A stretch of DNA of 63,897 nt, filler included, from Reticulomyxa filosa (Eukaryota > Protista > Foraminifera): the NCBI GenBank assembly GCA_000512085.1. It is 18 parts of 18 records of this genome, joined end to end, with 100 filler letters (N's around TTAATTAATTAA, not from the genome) between each part and the next. Parts side by side here need not be neighbours in the genome. Positions count along the whole stretch, not along the records: positions 1 to 6,875 come from ASPP01016751.1; positions 6,976 to 8,345 come from ASPP01045776.1; positions 8,446 to 17,882 come from ASPP01001984.1; 15 more parts are not named here. One strand, 5' to 3'. The notes below the pieces were generated by a model, which was given only the letters and a program-made list of their open reading frames with translations, ran no database searches and had not been told where the DNA came from. Positions 1 to 12,657 of this stretch are shown here, piece after piece. Within the stretch, counting starts at the first letter, position 1; each line of letters starts with the position of its first letter. The position numbers were made by a program, and so were the translations under genes.

Positions 1-539
1 CCCACAGCATTATAATGCAAAAGCTGATCTATCAAAAATTTTCAAAAATAAATAAAAATTAAAATTTTTGAAACAATTAATATGTTTAATAAAACAAAAA
101 TCATATTTAAAAACTACAATTTCGTATATACTTTTTAATTAAAAAATTAAATATTATGTTGTTTTTTATAAAGAAAATCAATAATCTATATAATGTGACA
201 TTTTATGTGTAAACTTTCTTTGACGATGTTGTATGGTCATATACACGAACATTCAAGTGTGACACAAACAATGATGCTAAAAGAGCAAAAAAAGTCTTTC
301 GTCACGTCCTTTTTTATTATTGAACTTAACTGTTAACCAAAAATTTGACTAGAAAAAGGTTTTTACTTTGAATTTTAAACCGTCTTTCAGATTCTGGACT
401 TTGAGATATTGCATCTAATTGGCTTTGATTACTACTTCACAAAAAAAAGAGCATAAGTTCCAAAACTGCTTAGACCCTTTTTTTTTGGAGTTATTATTGA
501 AATTTTAATTCCTCTTCGACTTGCGAAAGCAGAATAAAA

Positions 540-2253
540 ATGAATATTAACATTACAAATCTGATCATTAGTGTATTGTGCTGTGTTTTCCTTTGCGTGA
601 CGTGTGTTTTTTCGATGATATACTACACATACCACTATTACAACATGAGACACTTGCAACCATTTCGAAGACGGCAGCCATTGTTATTTGTCGGTGTAAG
701 CATAGCAGCAGTGCTGTCTTGTTTGAGTATGCAAGCCTATTTATTGTTGCACGGCTTGAATTGGCAAAAGACTCACCCTGAGCTTCTTCACAACATATTT
801 TTTGAGTGGGAAGGACCGGTGACACTATACCTTCTCGCCGAGCTGTTTTTGATTCGAGTTGGTATGATTGTGTTTGAAGTGAAGTATACCATGTATTCCT
901 TCCGAGAAAAATGGAAGTCTTACGTTTCTGTAAGTGAGGAGCAAGGAGATTCAAGTTTCTATATTCGTTGGTTCCCAAAGCTTCGCTCGCCCGCATGGAT
1001 AGCATTATACGTATTTCTGCCAACCTTTGCTGCTGTTGTTTTTATTCATACGTTTGATTATATGCACAATACATATATACGTACTTGTAATCTTATATTT
1101 GTTTGTCCATACGTATACATATATATATGCACATATGTGAAAGTATATACATATAAATATATGTCGTTTTTTGCAGAAGTGTGCTTTATTTAGAGAAGAA
1201 ACAAAAAAAAAAAAAAATAGAGGCGGATCGCTTTTGCTGCAAAATGATGTTGCAACAGCATTTGACGGGGTCCCAGTGGGGTGTTATATTTGTGCAGGGC
1301 TAGCACTTGCGTGGACGATTCCGAAATACAAGGATTATTTTGAGATGCATGGAGAATTAGTGTCGACGCTCAAACTCGCTTTGTTTTCTGTGTTGCTCTA
1401 CTTTCTGCTGTACGTGGTGTTCGCAAAGAGGATTGGCGCTTTTGTAAGAGCGCTCTTATACGCACTCAGTTATTGCTGTATTTTGTGGCTGATTGTAATG
1501 AGGTCGACATGGTGGATCATGCGCCAGTACTACTCTTGCATCGAAAGCCACTTATCCAAAACCAACACCAAAATTTTGGGATTGTTTGTGCACCCTGATC
1601 CTACTTCACGCCTCTCTGTTGTCGTAGCTGTTGATCTTTCCAATGTCTTAAAAGACCCAAAGGGATTTGAGCTGTTTATGGAACATTTGTTTTCTGGTAT
1701 ATACATATGTGTACGTATACTTTTTTTTTAAGTTCATCAAAAAAATCAATAATAATAAGTGCTTTATTAGTTTTTTTTTTTTTATACGTATAAAATAACA
1801 GAACTCGCTTCCGAAAATTTATTATGTTATTTAGAATTAACTCAATTTCGTCAAATGGTGAAATTGAAATGTGAAAGGAATGAAACAGAGATAAACGACC
1901 CCTTGAATGGTATCTTTGTGTTAAGTGCGCAGTTGCCACAATCGTCAATTGTAAATAATAGTCGTTGGAGCGACGAACAAAAGGCAATTACGTTGATTGA
2001 AAAGTATATTATTGTGGGCGCACAGAACGAAGTTAATCTTTCCTATGATGTAAAGATGAGCTATGTGAAGCTTTTTCAAAATAAAAATAATCAAACCAAT
2101 CCTTTCCATCTCATGTCCCCTTCAGATTATATTTTTTTATTTGATCCGGTGCTGAAGGAAGTTTTTCGATTAATGAGGGACTCATACTCTCGATTTTTAA
2201 CCACAAATGCATATTGCAAATATGTAGAACATACTAAACCACGTACGCCTTAA
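540..2253 (+). CDS. 7TM-RGS protein (seven hydrophobic helices plus C-terminal RGS domain), 3 exons
   Basis: ORFs 540, 1171 and 1855 join through GT-AG introns at ~1052-1220 and 1697-1801. Seven hydrophobic segments precede an RGS box that is restored by splicing: LSNVLKDPKGFELFMEHLFSE-LASENLLCYLE ... LIEKYIIVGAQNEVNLS ... VFRLMRDSYSRFL. Confidence 0.85.
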
Positions 2254-2856
2254 AGACTTGCTTTTTTTCCTCCGTCTTTTTCCATGAAATGTGCTTTTTT
2301 CCTTTGTTGTTTGTAAGCAATATTACATTTTTTTCTTGTGTTACGTATTCGATTTGTAGGATACATTATTGTATAAGAGTGTGTTGATTAGGTGTTATTG
2401 TCTGACGATTTGAATTAGAGCGTTCGCAAGAAAACCAAAAAACATGTTAGTCAAATTTAAATGTTTGTTTTTAAATATCAACTAAACATCGTCAATCAAT
2501 GAAACAAGGATTATTTTTGAACACAGCAATACAAAAAACAGATACCCATATTTTAAAAAAGTACGATAACCTTGGTTTGTGAAACAAAAAAAAGGGACAA
2601 GTTGATAATAAAGTTCAAGTGGCTTTGAGAGCTCTTTTCTAAAACTTCATTCTGCAGCAACTTCCTCATTCTTTTGTTTTGCTTTTTCCATTTTCTTTTC
2701 TTAATTTAATTTCATGATATTGTAACTTGCACTAAAAAAGTAGACCTTTCGTATTACACTTCTCCTGTCTGATCTTGCTTACCACTAACTTTTTAAAGAT
2801 CTTACTTAACAATCAATCTTTTTTGCAACTCCACATACATTTTTGAAAAACAAAAA

Positions 2857-4614
2857 CTAAAAGTCAAAATAAGGGGTAAATAAAGAAACGTCTTTGCTAT
2901 AAGTCAGAGAAACCAGGTCATGTCTTTGTAGGTTTTGCAAACCATTGATCAAAAGGTTCCATACCATCTCAGCCCGAGAATTGAGCCGCAGTGCAGTGAG
3001 AAACTTTTGACATGCCTCTTGGTAGAGCCCTTGGTTGAAAAAACAAATGCCCGAGTTGGCTAAAACGCGTGTGTATTTTGGTTTCAATTTCAACGCGTTT
3101 TTATACGATTTGAGAGCAGAATCAAACTCGTTGTCGTTAGCTTGCGTTGCACCTAACTTGTTCCACAATGAAGCGTCTTTGGGACGCTCTTGCAACGCTC
3201 TTTTAAAGTGTAGCTTTGCCGCTTCGAAGCGGTTTGAACAGCAATACAACACCCCCAATATAATGTGCAAGTCCGGGTCCAAAAAATTTATCTCCACTGC
3301 TTTCAAAAACATTGCTGTCATATTCCGGTGTACTGCCGCTTCAAAATCAGCCGAAATTGCCATATTCTACAATATTGACATGCAAATGTAAATTTATCAA
3401 GGTTATATTTTAATTTATAATTTATATCATCTGATCTTTTTTTGTTAGTGATGGAAGTGTACGCATACACGTATAGGCGTATGTATACGTGGACACACAA
3501 AACTGGAAATACGGGCTTGTGTTGTTTGGCGATGACAGAGTAGTCAGGATGACCAAAAATCCATTTTTCAAAAAGCTTGCGAGCTTGCCTGGAATCTCCT
3601 TCGTTGGAATATGATACTGCCAAATCCAGTAATGCTTCTCGATTAGATGGATCTAACATGAGGCACTTTATATATATATACATATATGTGTACGTATATA
3701 AAAATGGATATTTTTTTTGTTGTCGCTGTTATTTCCTTTTGAACACTAAACAAACAAAAAAAAACTCTTGTGAAGGCGGTAATGGCATTGGTCTCGCTTT
3801 CATTGTCATTGTGACACTGTCCTAAATACTTCCAAACATCACTTTGTTTGAGATTATTTAGCAATGATGCTTCAAAGGCAAGAACGGCTTCACTCAAATT
3901 CCCTTCTCTCATCAAATGCAATCCTTTCGTTTTCAAGTCCTCAGAAGCTTTATGATCCACTCTCTCTCCATTCTCTGCAATGATGTCATGTTGTAGATAA
4001 GGATTTGTTGGGTCAAATAGGTAATCAACATATATTCCAAACGGAAAATCTTTTTCAAAACCTGTCCATTCCTTTCATGTAATATGTAGTCCTCCATGTA
4101 TACGTATACGTATACGTATACATACACATGTATATATATGTACACATATATAATGTGATTGACCTCCAACCAAAAAATTTGCATTTATATGTGTAATGTA
4201 AATAAAAAAAGAAAATGACAAAACTATAACGTCATTAGCTTCAGGGGGTGAATCCTTATTTACGCCGGCGATATGATTCTGGTTCTCTTTGGTGGAATCA
4301 CGTTCTGTAAATGGCGAAGCTGAGTCTAATTTGCTACGCTTCACTTCCTCTTCATCTTCGGTTGCTTCTGCGTCTGTGTTCAGAAAAAAGAGTGTCCAAG
4401 AACAGGCCTTTACCATTTAGAAACAAGAGCCTATTCACATGTCTCCCTTCTCTCTGTATTTCCACTCTTTTTCTTTACGTCTTTTTGCTTTCTTGTGAAA
4501 ACATCCGTAACGTTGCTTTAATTCAATTTCGTCAATTTCACTTGTCCAGGATGGTAGCATGCCCAGAATTTCATCCAATTCCTGAGATTGCCAGGAATTT
4601 GAATTGTTGGTCAT
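2857..4614 (-). CDS. PEX5: Peroxisomal targeting signal 1 receptor (PEX5 family, TPR), multi-exon
   Basis: YLFDPTNPY motif followed by PEX5-type TPRs: GNLSEAVLAFEA, WKYLGQCHNDNESETNAI, LDPSNREALLDLAVSYSNE, LGVLY, LWNKLGATQAN, ALKLKPKYTR. The 5' exons and start codon are tentative. Confidence 0.88.
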
Positions 4615-4970
4615 ATTTGTTTTTTTGTTATTATTCTCCCCTTTCAAAGTTTTTCAAAAAATTTGTCTCAGCTTAAGGTTAGGTCCACCAAACATATTGT
4701 GTGGACATAATTTTTCCCTGCTCACTGGTATTGATCTAAGAAATAGAACAAATCCAAAAAAAATGTGTTTATGCTAGATTGATAATTCTACATAGTAGCA
4801 TTGCCAAATCTTTGAAAATAATTTTTTAAGAATGATTTGCATTTTATACCCTCCAAAAAAAAAAGGCCACGGTAACGACCAAAAACTACAGTTTAAAAAA
4901 AGAGGGGGTTTGTCAAGGTGATAACAATATTGAAAAAAAAGACTAAAGCTTGTGCAATCAAAACAAAGCA

Positions 4971-5912
4971 ATGTCTTCAACCGAATCTGCTACTGCACCA
5001 ACTGATAACAAAGCAGAAAGTGCAGAAAAAACAACGCAACCGGCCAGTGCTGATGATTCGTCTAAGCCAGTGTCGAAACCAGAAAAAGAAAAAAAAGGAA
5101 GAAGAAAAAAGGGCTCACCAAAATCCACCAAAAAACCGACCTTAAAGGACGCCAAAAAGAAAGCTGAAGTGAAAAAGAAGCTTAAACAATCCAAAACAAT
5201 TAAATTGGTAAAAAACTTTATCTAAAGCATTTGCAAACACAAAAACATACCAGACAAACAAGCAAATAAACAAAAAAAAAATAAACATGGAAAGACCCGA
5301 CGCAAAAAAACGGAAGAACGTAAACGAGCGCGAATTCGAAATGGCATTTTACGACGTGAGAAATTGGCGGCTCGTCGTGCAAAATCCCATTCAAAATTTC
5401 AACTTCGTTGCAAAAAGCCCGTGGAAGATGAAATATTTGATGTGGATGAGTTTGTCAAATTTTTGACTGAGAAATTTAAAATCAATGGAAAAACAGGAAA
5501 TGTGGGAGCTGGCAAAGATTCCAATATTCAAAAATCGGGCAGCTCTGTTCACATCCAGAGCAAACAACCTTTCCCAAAATATTACATCAAAGTTAACTCC
5601 AATTCCATCACGATACACACATTATTTTGTATATTATCTTCACGTTCATCCACCCCTTTTCTTTTTGGTGACAAAAAGAAATAAACAAACCCCCCTTTTT
5701 TAATGATGCGATTTTCCGGCGTGTGGGATTTGCACTGGTAATACCCAAAAATTAAAAAAATGAATAAACAGTCCTTGACAAAACGTTATTTGAAGAGAAA
5801 TGGCTTGCGTGACTACGTCCGTGTCATTGCTGACAAGAAGGGAAGTTACGAATTGAGATATTTCAACATCCAAGAGGAAAAAGAGAAATCGAAGAAACAA
5901 GATCAACAATAA
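4971..5912 (+). CDS. RPL22: 60S ribosomal protein eL22 with Lys-rich N-terminal extension, 3 exons (4971-5207, 5295-5591, 5772-5912)
   Basis: [36 protein letters not shown] ... PFPKYYIK|[33 protein letters not shown] matches eL22. The GT-AG introns keep the frame. Confidence 0.92.
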
Positions 5913-6284
5913 AATCACATTTACTATCCTTGCTTTTTTTTTTCATAAAAAAATCTGTGAAAAAATTACAAATTGCCTTTTCAATCAACACTCCAGAATT
6001 GAAACTTGTTTTTAGTTTCTTGATTTTAATGGTTAGATGCCTCGAAGATTTATTCTCTTTGTTAAAAAAATTAAAACTAATTTCAAATAAAATTTTTTTA
6101 AAATAAAACACAATTTTTGTTAGTACAAATTTGGACATTAAAACAAGGAATTATGCCAAAAAAAAGTATTTTGCTAGCATTTACTAGTTATTGCAAATTA
6201 CGGTATCACAACAAGCAAAAGCCTGTCAGTTTTCTTTTCCCCTTTCTTCCTTGTTTTTCCATACTCTCCTCATAATATAACAAA

Positions 6285-6875
6285 ATGAAGCAACTTTTTG
6301 TTATCTTGGGATTGGTTGCAGTAGCTTTAAGTAAAACAGTGGAATTGACACCTGATACATTTTCACAAGCGGTCGACGGAAGCAAACATGTGTTTGTAAT
6401 GTTTTATGCTACATGGTGCGGGCATTGCCAAAATTTCAAACCAGTTCTTTTTTTTATTTGTTTGTGTTTTTCGAGCAAAATGAATAATAACAATAATATA
6501 ACAAAAAGGACTATGAAAAAGTTGGTCATTCATTTGAAGGCATCGATGATATTGTAATTGCTAAATTCGATGCCGACAAGTATCGTCCAATTGGTGAGAA
6601 ATATGGTGTTAAAGGGTATGCAAAAAAAAAACAACGACTGTGAGGCGAATAATAGAGCATGACAAATACTGACAAAAATTTGGTGTAGATTTCCAACACT
6701 GAAATTTTTCCCAAAAGGCTCGACCGATCCAATTGCATACGATGGTGGTCGAACTGCACAAGATGTCGTTTCATTCATTAACAAAAAAGCTGGGAAGAAT
6801 GCGGTTGTCATTGAGCCTCCGTTGAGTTTTTTCTCTTGTTTGATTTATTTATTTGGTCTAATAAAAAAAAAAAAA
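6285..6875 (+). CDS. Protein disulfide isomerase (PDIA6/ERp38-like), 3' truncated by contig end
   Basis: Signal peptide [16 protein letters not shown], then [13 protein letters not shown]. After splicing: [19 protein letters not shown]|[18 protein letters not shown]. Confidence 0.9.
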
Positions 6876-6975
6876 NNNNNNNNNNNNNNNNNNNNNNNNN
6901 NNNNNNNNNNNNNNNNNNNTTAATTAATTAANNNNNNNNNNNNNNNNNNNNNNNNNNNNNNNNNNNNNNNNNNNN
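6876..6975. other. Artificial contig linker, first of 17 (others start at 8346, 17883, 19374, 21791, 22979, 25226, 27919, 29345, 31505, 32996, 34620, 36124, 47257, 59409, 60735, 62693)
   Basis: Identical 44N-TTAATTAATTAA-44N each time. The 12-mer places stop codons in all six frames. Confidence 0.99.
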
Positions 6976-7679
6976 TGGACGAATGTCGAAACGAAAATGT
7001 TCGACAATATCTTAATCCAGGAAGTTCATACATTTTTGAAGATGCTTCAAAAGTTTAACATATTTTTAATTGTTTAGAAAAGGGAGTCGCCCCTTTAGTT
7101 GACGAATTTTAAATAAAATGCAAAAAAACAACTCTTTGCTTGTTTTCGTATTGTACTTGAGAAAATATTAACCCCCTCCAAAAAAATTGAGTTTGTTGTG
7201 TGTCTATTTTGACCAAAAGATAAAAATGTGTATTTTGATCATTATTTATCAATTTTATAACACAATGTCCACATAATTGAATAGTACTTGGATAAAAATT
7301 AATGTATTTATATTTAATCTTTAAGAATACGATAATAAATAACACTATTCTTCTCTATAGCCTATACAAATGAGTGAATCATGCATTGACATTGAACAAA
7401 TGCATTAGGTAAAAGAACACAAAGTTACAAAGTCTTGCATTTGCTGTCTCAATTGATTTAATATTAAATTCAGCTATTTGGCTGTCAATGAAAATCTTTT
7501 TTAAAATAAATGCTATAAGAAAAAAAGTTGAACTGCAAGTGAAAGGATTGCAGTCAACGCAATTTTAACAACATTAAAATAAACTTTTTCAAATCAATTT
7601 TAGAAAACTCAGTCAAAACTACTTTCTTTTTCTCTTTGAGCCATTCGTCTGTATAATTCGCCTCTTTGCTTCGAATATT

Positions 7680-8070
7680 TCCCCACATTATCTTGCAATT
7701 TCCTTAATCCATCATTCACTTTGTCAACAATTTGTCTACGTATACTATTGTATCCACGTGCAAAGATGTTGACTGCATCTTCATTACTAGATAATAAAAA
7801 TTCATTTTTAAACATTGTCACAAAAGATCCACTTTTTATTTCTTTAATTACATTTGATTCTAAGTCAATCTTTCATTATAATTTTTTTAAAATTGGTGTC
7901 AAAAAATAAATTATTTCTAAACTGCTAGATTCCTTGGCATAAATTAATTACAAGCTATTTCTTCAAAAAAATAATCCAAATTCATTATTTTTTGAATTCG
8001 CGACTTTTTGTTCTGCGCAATACTGTATTCCTAAGTTGAAGGCCCACTTGTCCAACTTCTTTCATTTCAA
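7680..8070 (-). pseudogene. Decayed alpha-tubulin fragment (divergent, foraminiferan-like)
   Basis: Remnants VGQVGLQL and IDLESNVIKEIKSG..MFKNEFLLSSNEDAVNIFARGYNSIRRQIVDKVNDGLRKLQDN align with alpha-tubulin GKEDAANNFARGHY..KEIVD....IRKLADN. Conserved residues are lost, the frame is broken and the gene is truncated. Confidence 0.75.
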
Positions 8071-8445
8071 CCAAATAATCAAACATAAGGACACCCAAAG
8101 GCAACTAGCACAAATGATAACTAAAATACGACAATTGCTAAGAGTGTTAAAATAAAATTATATAAAAACACTTCGAGGGATACAACTGACAGTACAAAAA
8201 AGTAATGAAAGTAATGAAAGTAATGAAAGTAATGAAAATAATTAAAAATTAAAAAAATAAGCAACTATTAAAGAAGGTAAAATGTTTTTGTTTTGACAGC
8301 AGAAAAAGAGTCAGTTGGTACAAAAGCGAAGAAAAGGGAACTCTTNNNNNNNNNNNNNNNNNNNNNNNNNNNNNNNNNNNNNNNNNNNNTTAATTAATTA
8401 ANNNNNNNNNNNNNNNNNNNNNNNNNNNNNNNNNNNNNNNNNNNN

Positions 8446-9288
8446 AAAAAAAAAAAAAATTTCTTACAATGCACACATTTCTCATCTTTTTTTTGTTTGT
8501 TCTCCTTCCCCCCCCCCCTTTTTATTAAAAAAAGAACTTTCGTGTCCTTGATCAAATTTTTTCCAACTTTCATCATCGCTTTCGTTGTCGTTGATAAGGT
8601 CCGCCCACTCGTGAATTGGTGAATGAGAAGGCTGGTACAAATCAGTTCTTTCATAGCCCAAACTGCGACTTCCGGTGTTAGGATAACGACCTCCCCAAAA
8701 CTTGGGTTTGGAATGAATCTTTTCTTGGGTCACATTGTGCCATACTATACCTCCACTGCTGTCATTGCTCGCCAAAGAGGTGGTACCACCATATGTCGAC
8801 GACGGCAGTGATTTGTTGGGTTTCATTACAATCGTCGAACTAGTCGTAGCTGTTGTCAGCGATGTGTTTTCCAGTGAAACAACGTCCGGGGCTATTGAAT
8901 GCACAATATGTGGGTTATAACAAAATGCATTCGGATTTAACCCAATGCCGTTGTCATGGTTATTACTATTGTAAGTATTATTCATTACGTTATTGCCATT
9001 GTTTGCTGCTAGATTATTCGTATTGACATTACCATTGTTGTTACTGTTGTTATTATTATTACTGTTGTTGCTGTTATGATCGATACTAGGGTTGTTGTTC
9101 GCGTTGCTTACATTTGGGGTCGAATTTTCTAATGCCATTGCAATCGTGTCGTCGCTTTTTTCACTCGTATGCTCGTCGGCCATGTTGAGGGCCCCGTCCT
9201 CGTGCAAGTCGTTTTCGTTGTTTAATAAGCACGATAGAATTGTTTCCACGTCGTTGCTTGTTTGTATGCTTTTTTTTTTTTTTTTCAA
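8446..9288 (-). CDS. Hypothetical protein fragment, Asn/Ser-rich low complexity
   Basis: 268-aa ORF with poly-N tracts. It is flanked by intron-like poly-A/T runs and no domain was recognised. Confidence 0.5.
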
Positions 9289-9771
9289 AAATAATTCTTG
9301 ATTTCTTTTTTTATTTAAAAAAAAAAATAGTACTCAACTTTGTCATCTTTGTGCTTCTCTCGTTTGCTTCTAGGAGCGCGAAATCGTGTCGTTACACGTT
9401 GATTCGTTTCAGAAAATACTTGAAGAAATATATTCTATTGATTTGTTCCGAAAAGTTGAAAGAAATAGCGCTAAAAAAATATATATATAATAAACAAGTA
9501 AATTTGTCGATGCTGCCCCTTTTTGTTATGGTTCTTGGACACTCGGGACCATTTCTTCAACCACTGCAATTAGAATTTCCGCCGTGTTTTCTTAAAAAAC
9601 ACATTCCTGTTTTTTACTTTATCTATTACAAAAAATACATAGTCATTAGTCCTCCTGTCTTATGGAACTACTTTAACAGCTCTGCAGTTCAAACGTCAAG
9701 TGACTGGCAAACACACTTTAAAGGTTCCTGTGACCAAAAAAACAAAAAAAAGTTCTGTCTAGCAAAATAGA

Positions 9772-10420
9772 ATGAGTGGCCAAAGTTATCCCAATTATCA
9801 AAATGGTTTTGATTTGAACAATTATTTCCAAGATTTGTGCAATTTGACGTTCATAACAACAACTCCACTACCGCTTAAAAGCCGAAAGCTCTCAGACGAA
9901 GCCGAATCAGCACAAATAATTTCTTATCTCTCTCAAAGTTATAAACGGACCGCAAGAGGGAGATAATTAAAAAAAAAGTACGAATTTCATTTTTTTTATT
10001 TGGGATATGTGGGAACTGTGTATAGACTATCAGAGCGACAGCAGTTTCAAAGAAGCGTTTTGTCATTGCTACAGTGAGATTGGACCAGAGCCGGGATTCC
10101 ATGATGCAGCAAAAATAGGAGAATGGCAAAAGGCATTGGCCAAATGCATGAATGGATACTATGATAATGGTAGTCCAGGAGCAGAAAGTGCTTTGTTGGT
10201 GGAAAAGCCATGGAAAAATGACAATTATCCTAAAGGCCACGACGAAAGGTCTGAACTGACCATTGCAATACTGTGTGCTTTGATTATTTTTGTTGTTATG
10301 TTTCTTGTTGGTGTTGTTGCGAAATTTGTCTGGCATCACTATCGCATCAAAGGATACGAAACTGTCCCTTTTAAAACCTTGTCAAAGAGTTATGGCACAA
10401 CTCGTGTCCAACACGTGTAA
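9772..10420 (+). CDS. Single-pass (type I-like) membrane protein with Cys-containing ectodomain; 5' end uncertain
   Basis: ORFs 9772 and 10007. The C-terminal TM LTIAILCALIIFVVMFLVGVVA is followed by a short tail containing GYETV (GYxxPhi-like sorting motif). Confidence 0.5.
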
Positions 10421-11369
10421 CCCTCGCGTCTGTTAACTCGCGACATACAGCGCAATTTCCTTTTCATACAAATCATGGGAAAATTGCCATTAAAAAGAAG
10501 CAAAGGAGAACTTTTTAGAGACTTTTGTTGTGATTTACATTAGTTTTAAAAGTGTGACAACTTCGTTTTTTCTTATAATATGATAAAATGTCTAACATTG
10601 ATATTTTTGTTTTATCAAAGACTATTGAACTTTTTTGTTATTGTTTTGCATGACTGGCGCTTACCATTTGTCTTTTACTTGGCAAAACTGACTTATTGGC
10701 ACATCTTTACTTGTAGAAGGGATGAGTCGACGTCAGAAACAAAATAGCAAGCGAATTTTCCGCTTTGGTCTTGTTGTAAAAAAAAGATTTTAACAAGTTG
10801 TCACACTTATTTCTAAATCAAATTAATAATATAGCATCTGTTCAACAGAATTAGCTGCATTTAAAAAATCAAAAACAATACTTAGGCTACCCAACATCAA
10901 AAACAACTATTAGACTGTGCAATTAGTTTTTTGTTTTTTGGAATTGGTACGTGAAGAAAAGAATTAAGTTTGAAAAAACCCCTTATTTCCTGTCAATAGT
11001 TTCATAAACAAAGCTCTCTTTCTCAAGTTCCCACATTCCTCAATTTCTTCTTTTGTTCTATCAACTGAGTATTCAAATGCTTTTCTTAAGTCTTGAATAT
11101 CAGTCGTATGACACTTTTCATCGTAATGAAAAACAATTTGAAACAATTTATATATTTTATTAGCGACATATAAAATCACAACAATAAAAAAACCAAGATA
11201 ATAATATTTTTTGCAATCAATTCTACAACCATGAGTATACATAATCATAAATAATCTCAATAATAACAAAAAAATAAAAAATTGATTAACAAATACTGTC
11301 TTCATATTGACACTGAACAATTTTTAAAAAGTGTCATTCTTTTTTTAAAATGACAAAATAAATTATGTT

Positions 11370-11693
11370 TTGTTTTATTTTGTTAATAGGTCGCAGCATG
11401 AAGTATTGGAAGGTTTTGTAAATAAGCTGAGATCGTGTAAAAAAACATCTGAAATCTGGCTGATTAAGCAATTGCGCGAGACAGACGAAATATCGATCAG
11501 TGTGCAAGTGTCGCAGCATTACTTTGGTCCAGAGGACTTGTACGAAATATTTGATGGCGAACGAACGGATAAATTTGTGCGACCGGACAAGATGACACCG
11601 AGCAAGCGCTATGGATGTCGTGCGATCATTACCAATGTTACAATGGCTATCAGATTTGAGTTCAATAACGAAAGAAGAAAGAGTGTGTATTGA
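11370..11693 (+). CDS. Hypothetical protein, probable terminal exon or gene fragment
   Basis: Protein-like composition starting after an AG acceptor at ~11389. No family was recognised. Confidence 0.3.
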   Translation: MFYFVNRSQHEVLEGFVNKLRSCKKTSEIWLIKQLRETDEISISVQVSQHYFGPEDLYEIFDGERTDKFVRPDKMTPSKRYGCRAIITNVTMAIRFEFNNERRKSVY

Positions 11694-12657
11694 TGAGAAA
11701 ATTGAGCAAAAGGAGAAAAAAAAAGATGGCGAGAAAAATCAACAACAGAATAAAATTTTTTGTTTTTTTAATTTTTTTTTTTTTTAAATTTATTCAAAAC
11801 TCTTTTTTTAAGTGTTCCTTTCACTCATTAATTGCATTTTGTAAGCTACTTATAAAATAAAATTGAATAGACATACATGCCAAAATATATTAGTTCTCGT
11901 CTCCAGATCAAAATTAATCCAATGACCAACCTGATTTCAACGAGTGAAATCATTTTTTTTTAAAATTGTTCATCATTGTGTGGGGAGTCTACGGTGAAGA
12001 GCTTCACTAAATGTAATACGAAAGATTGTTACTCGAAATGAGAGTGACTTTCAGTAAACAAAAGTAAATTAAAGAATAAATCAAAGGACAAAAGAAAGTA
12101 AAGAAAGCAAGTAAGTAAGAGGTAGTTTGTTGAGGAGGTTTAACCCAAAGGGAGCTCCTCAGTTCCATAAGCGTTCAGCCGTGCGTGATAAGGGCTTGTC
12201 CTACAGCGCCAAAAAGAAAGCAGTTGTTCTATGTCAATGACAACGCTGATGTACAAAAAGCTGTTATCAATTGTAAAAATAGCAATATCTAATGTAAAGT
12301 GTTTCATCATTTCGTCAGGTACAATACTGTCTATCAATATCATTTGATTGATATGTTGTTTATTAAAATACCCAATTTTGTTTGTTGGTTATCAGTTCTA
12401 GTATAAAACAGTATCCCTTTCAAAAGGAATTTGTAAATAGCAGAGCTAGCAATTGTGACGATATTCAATGAAGTATATTAGTTAAGTATTTTTTTTATTA
12501 TTATTGAAATCACGGATAAAAAAAAGAAAAACAATGAATATTATGGATTTAAAAGGTTCATGAATGAGCCTTCCAAGTTATCAATCAAACAAGGAAATCT
12601 ACAAGTTGTTTTTGCATGTTCGTCAATATGACGAAGGAAAAAAAAACCAATGTCACT

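Noticed and set aside
8202-8237. (GTAATGAAA)x4 and other microsatellites ((ATA)n at 26790 and 30500, (TCA)n at 59509)
   Set aside because: Ordinary simple repeats with no unique spacers, not telomeric and not CRISPR.
10964-11320. 118-aa hydrophobic minus-strand ORF
   Set aside because: Very AT-rich, non-ATG start and no recognisable motif. It cannot be supported as a gene from sequence alone.
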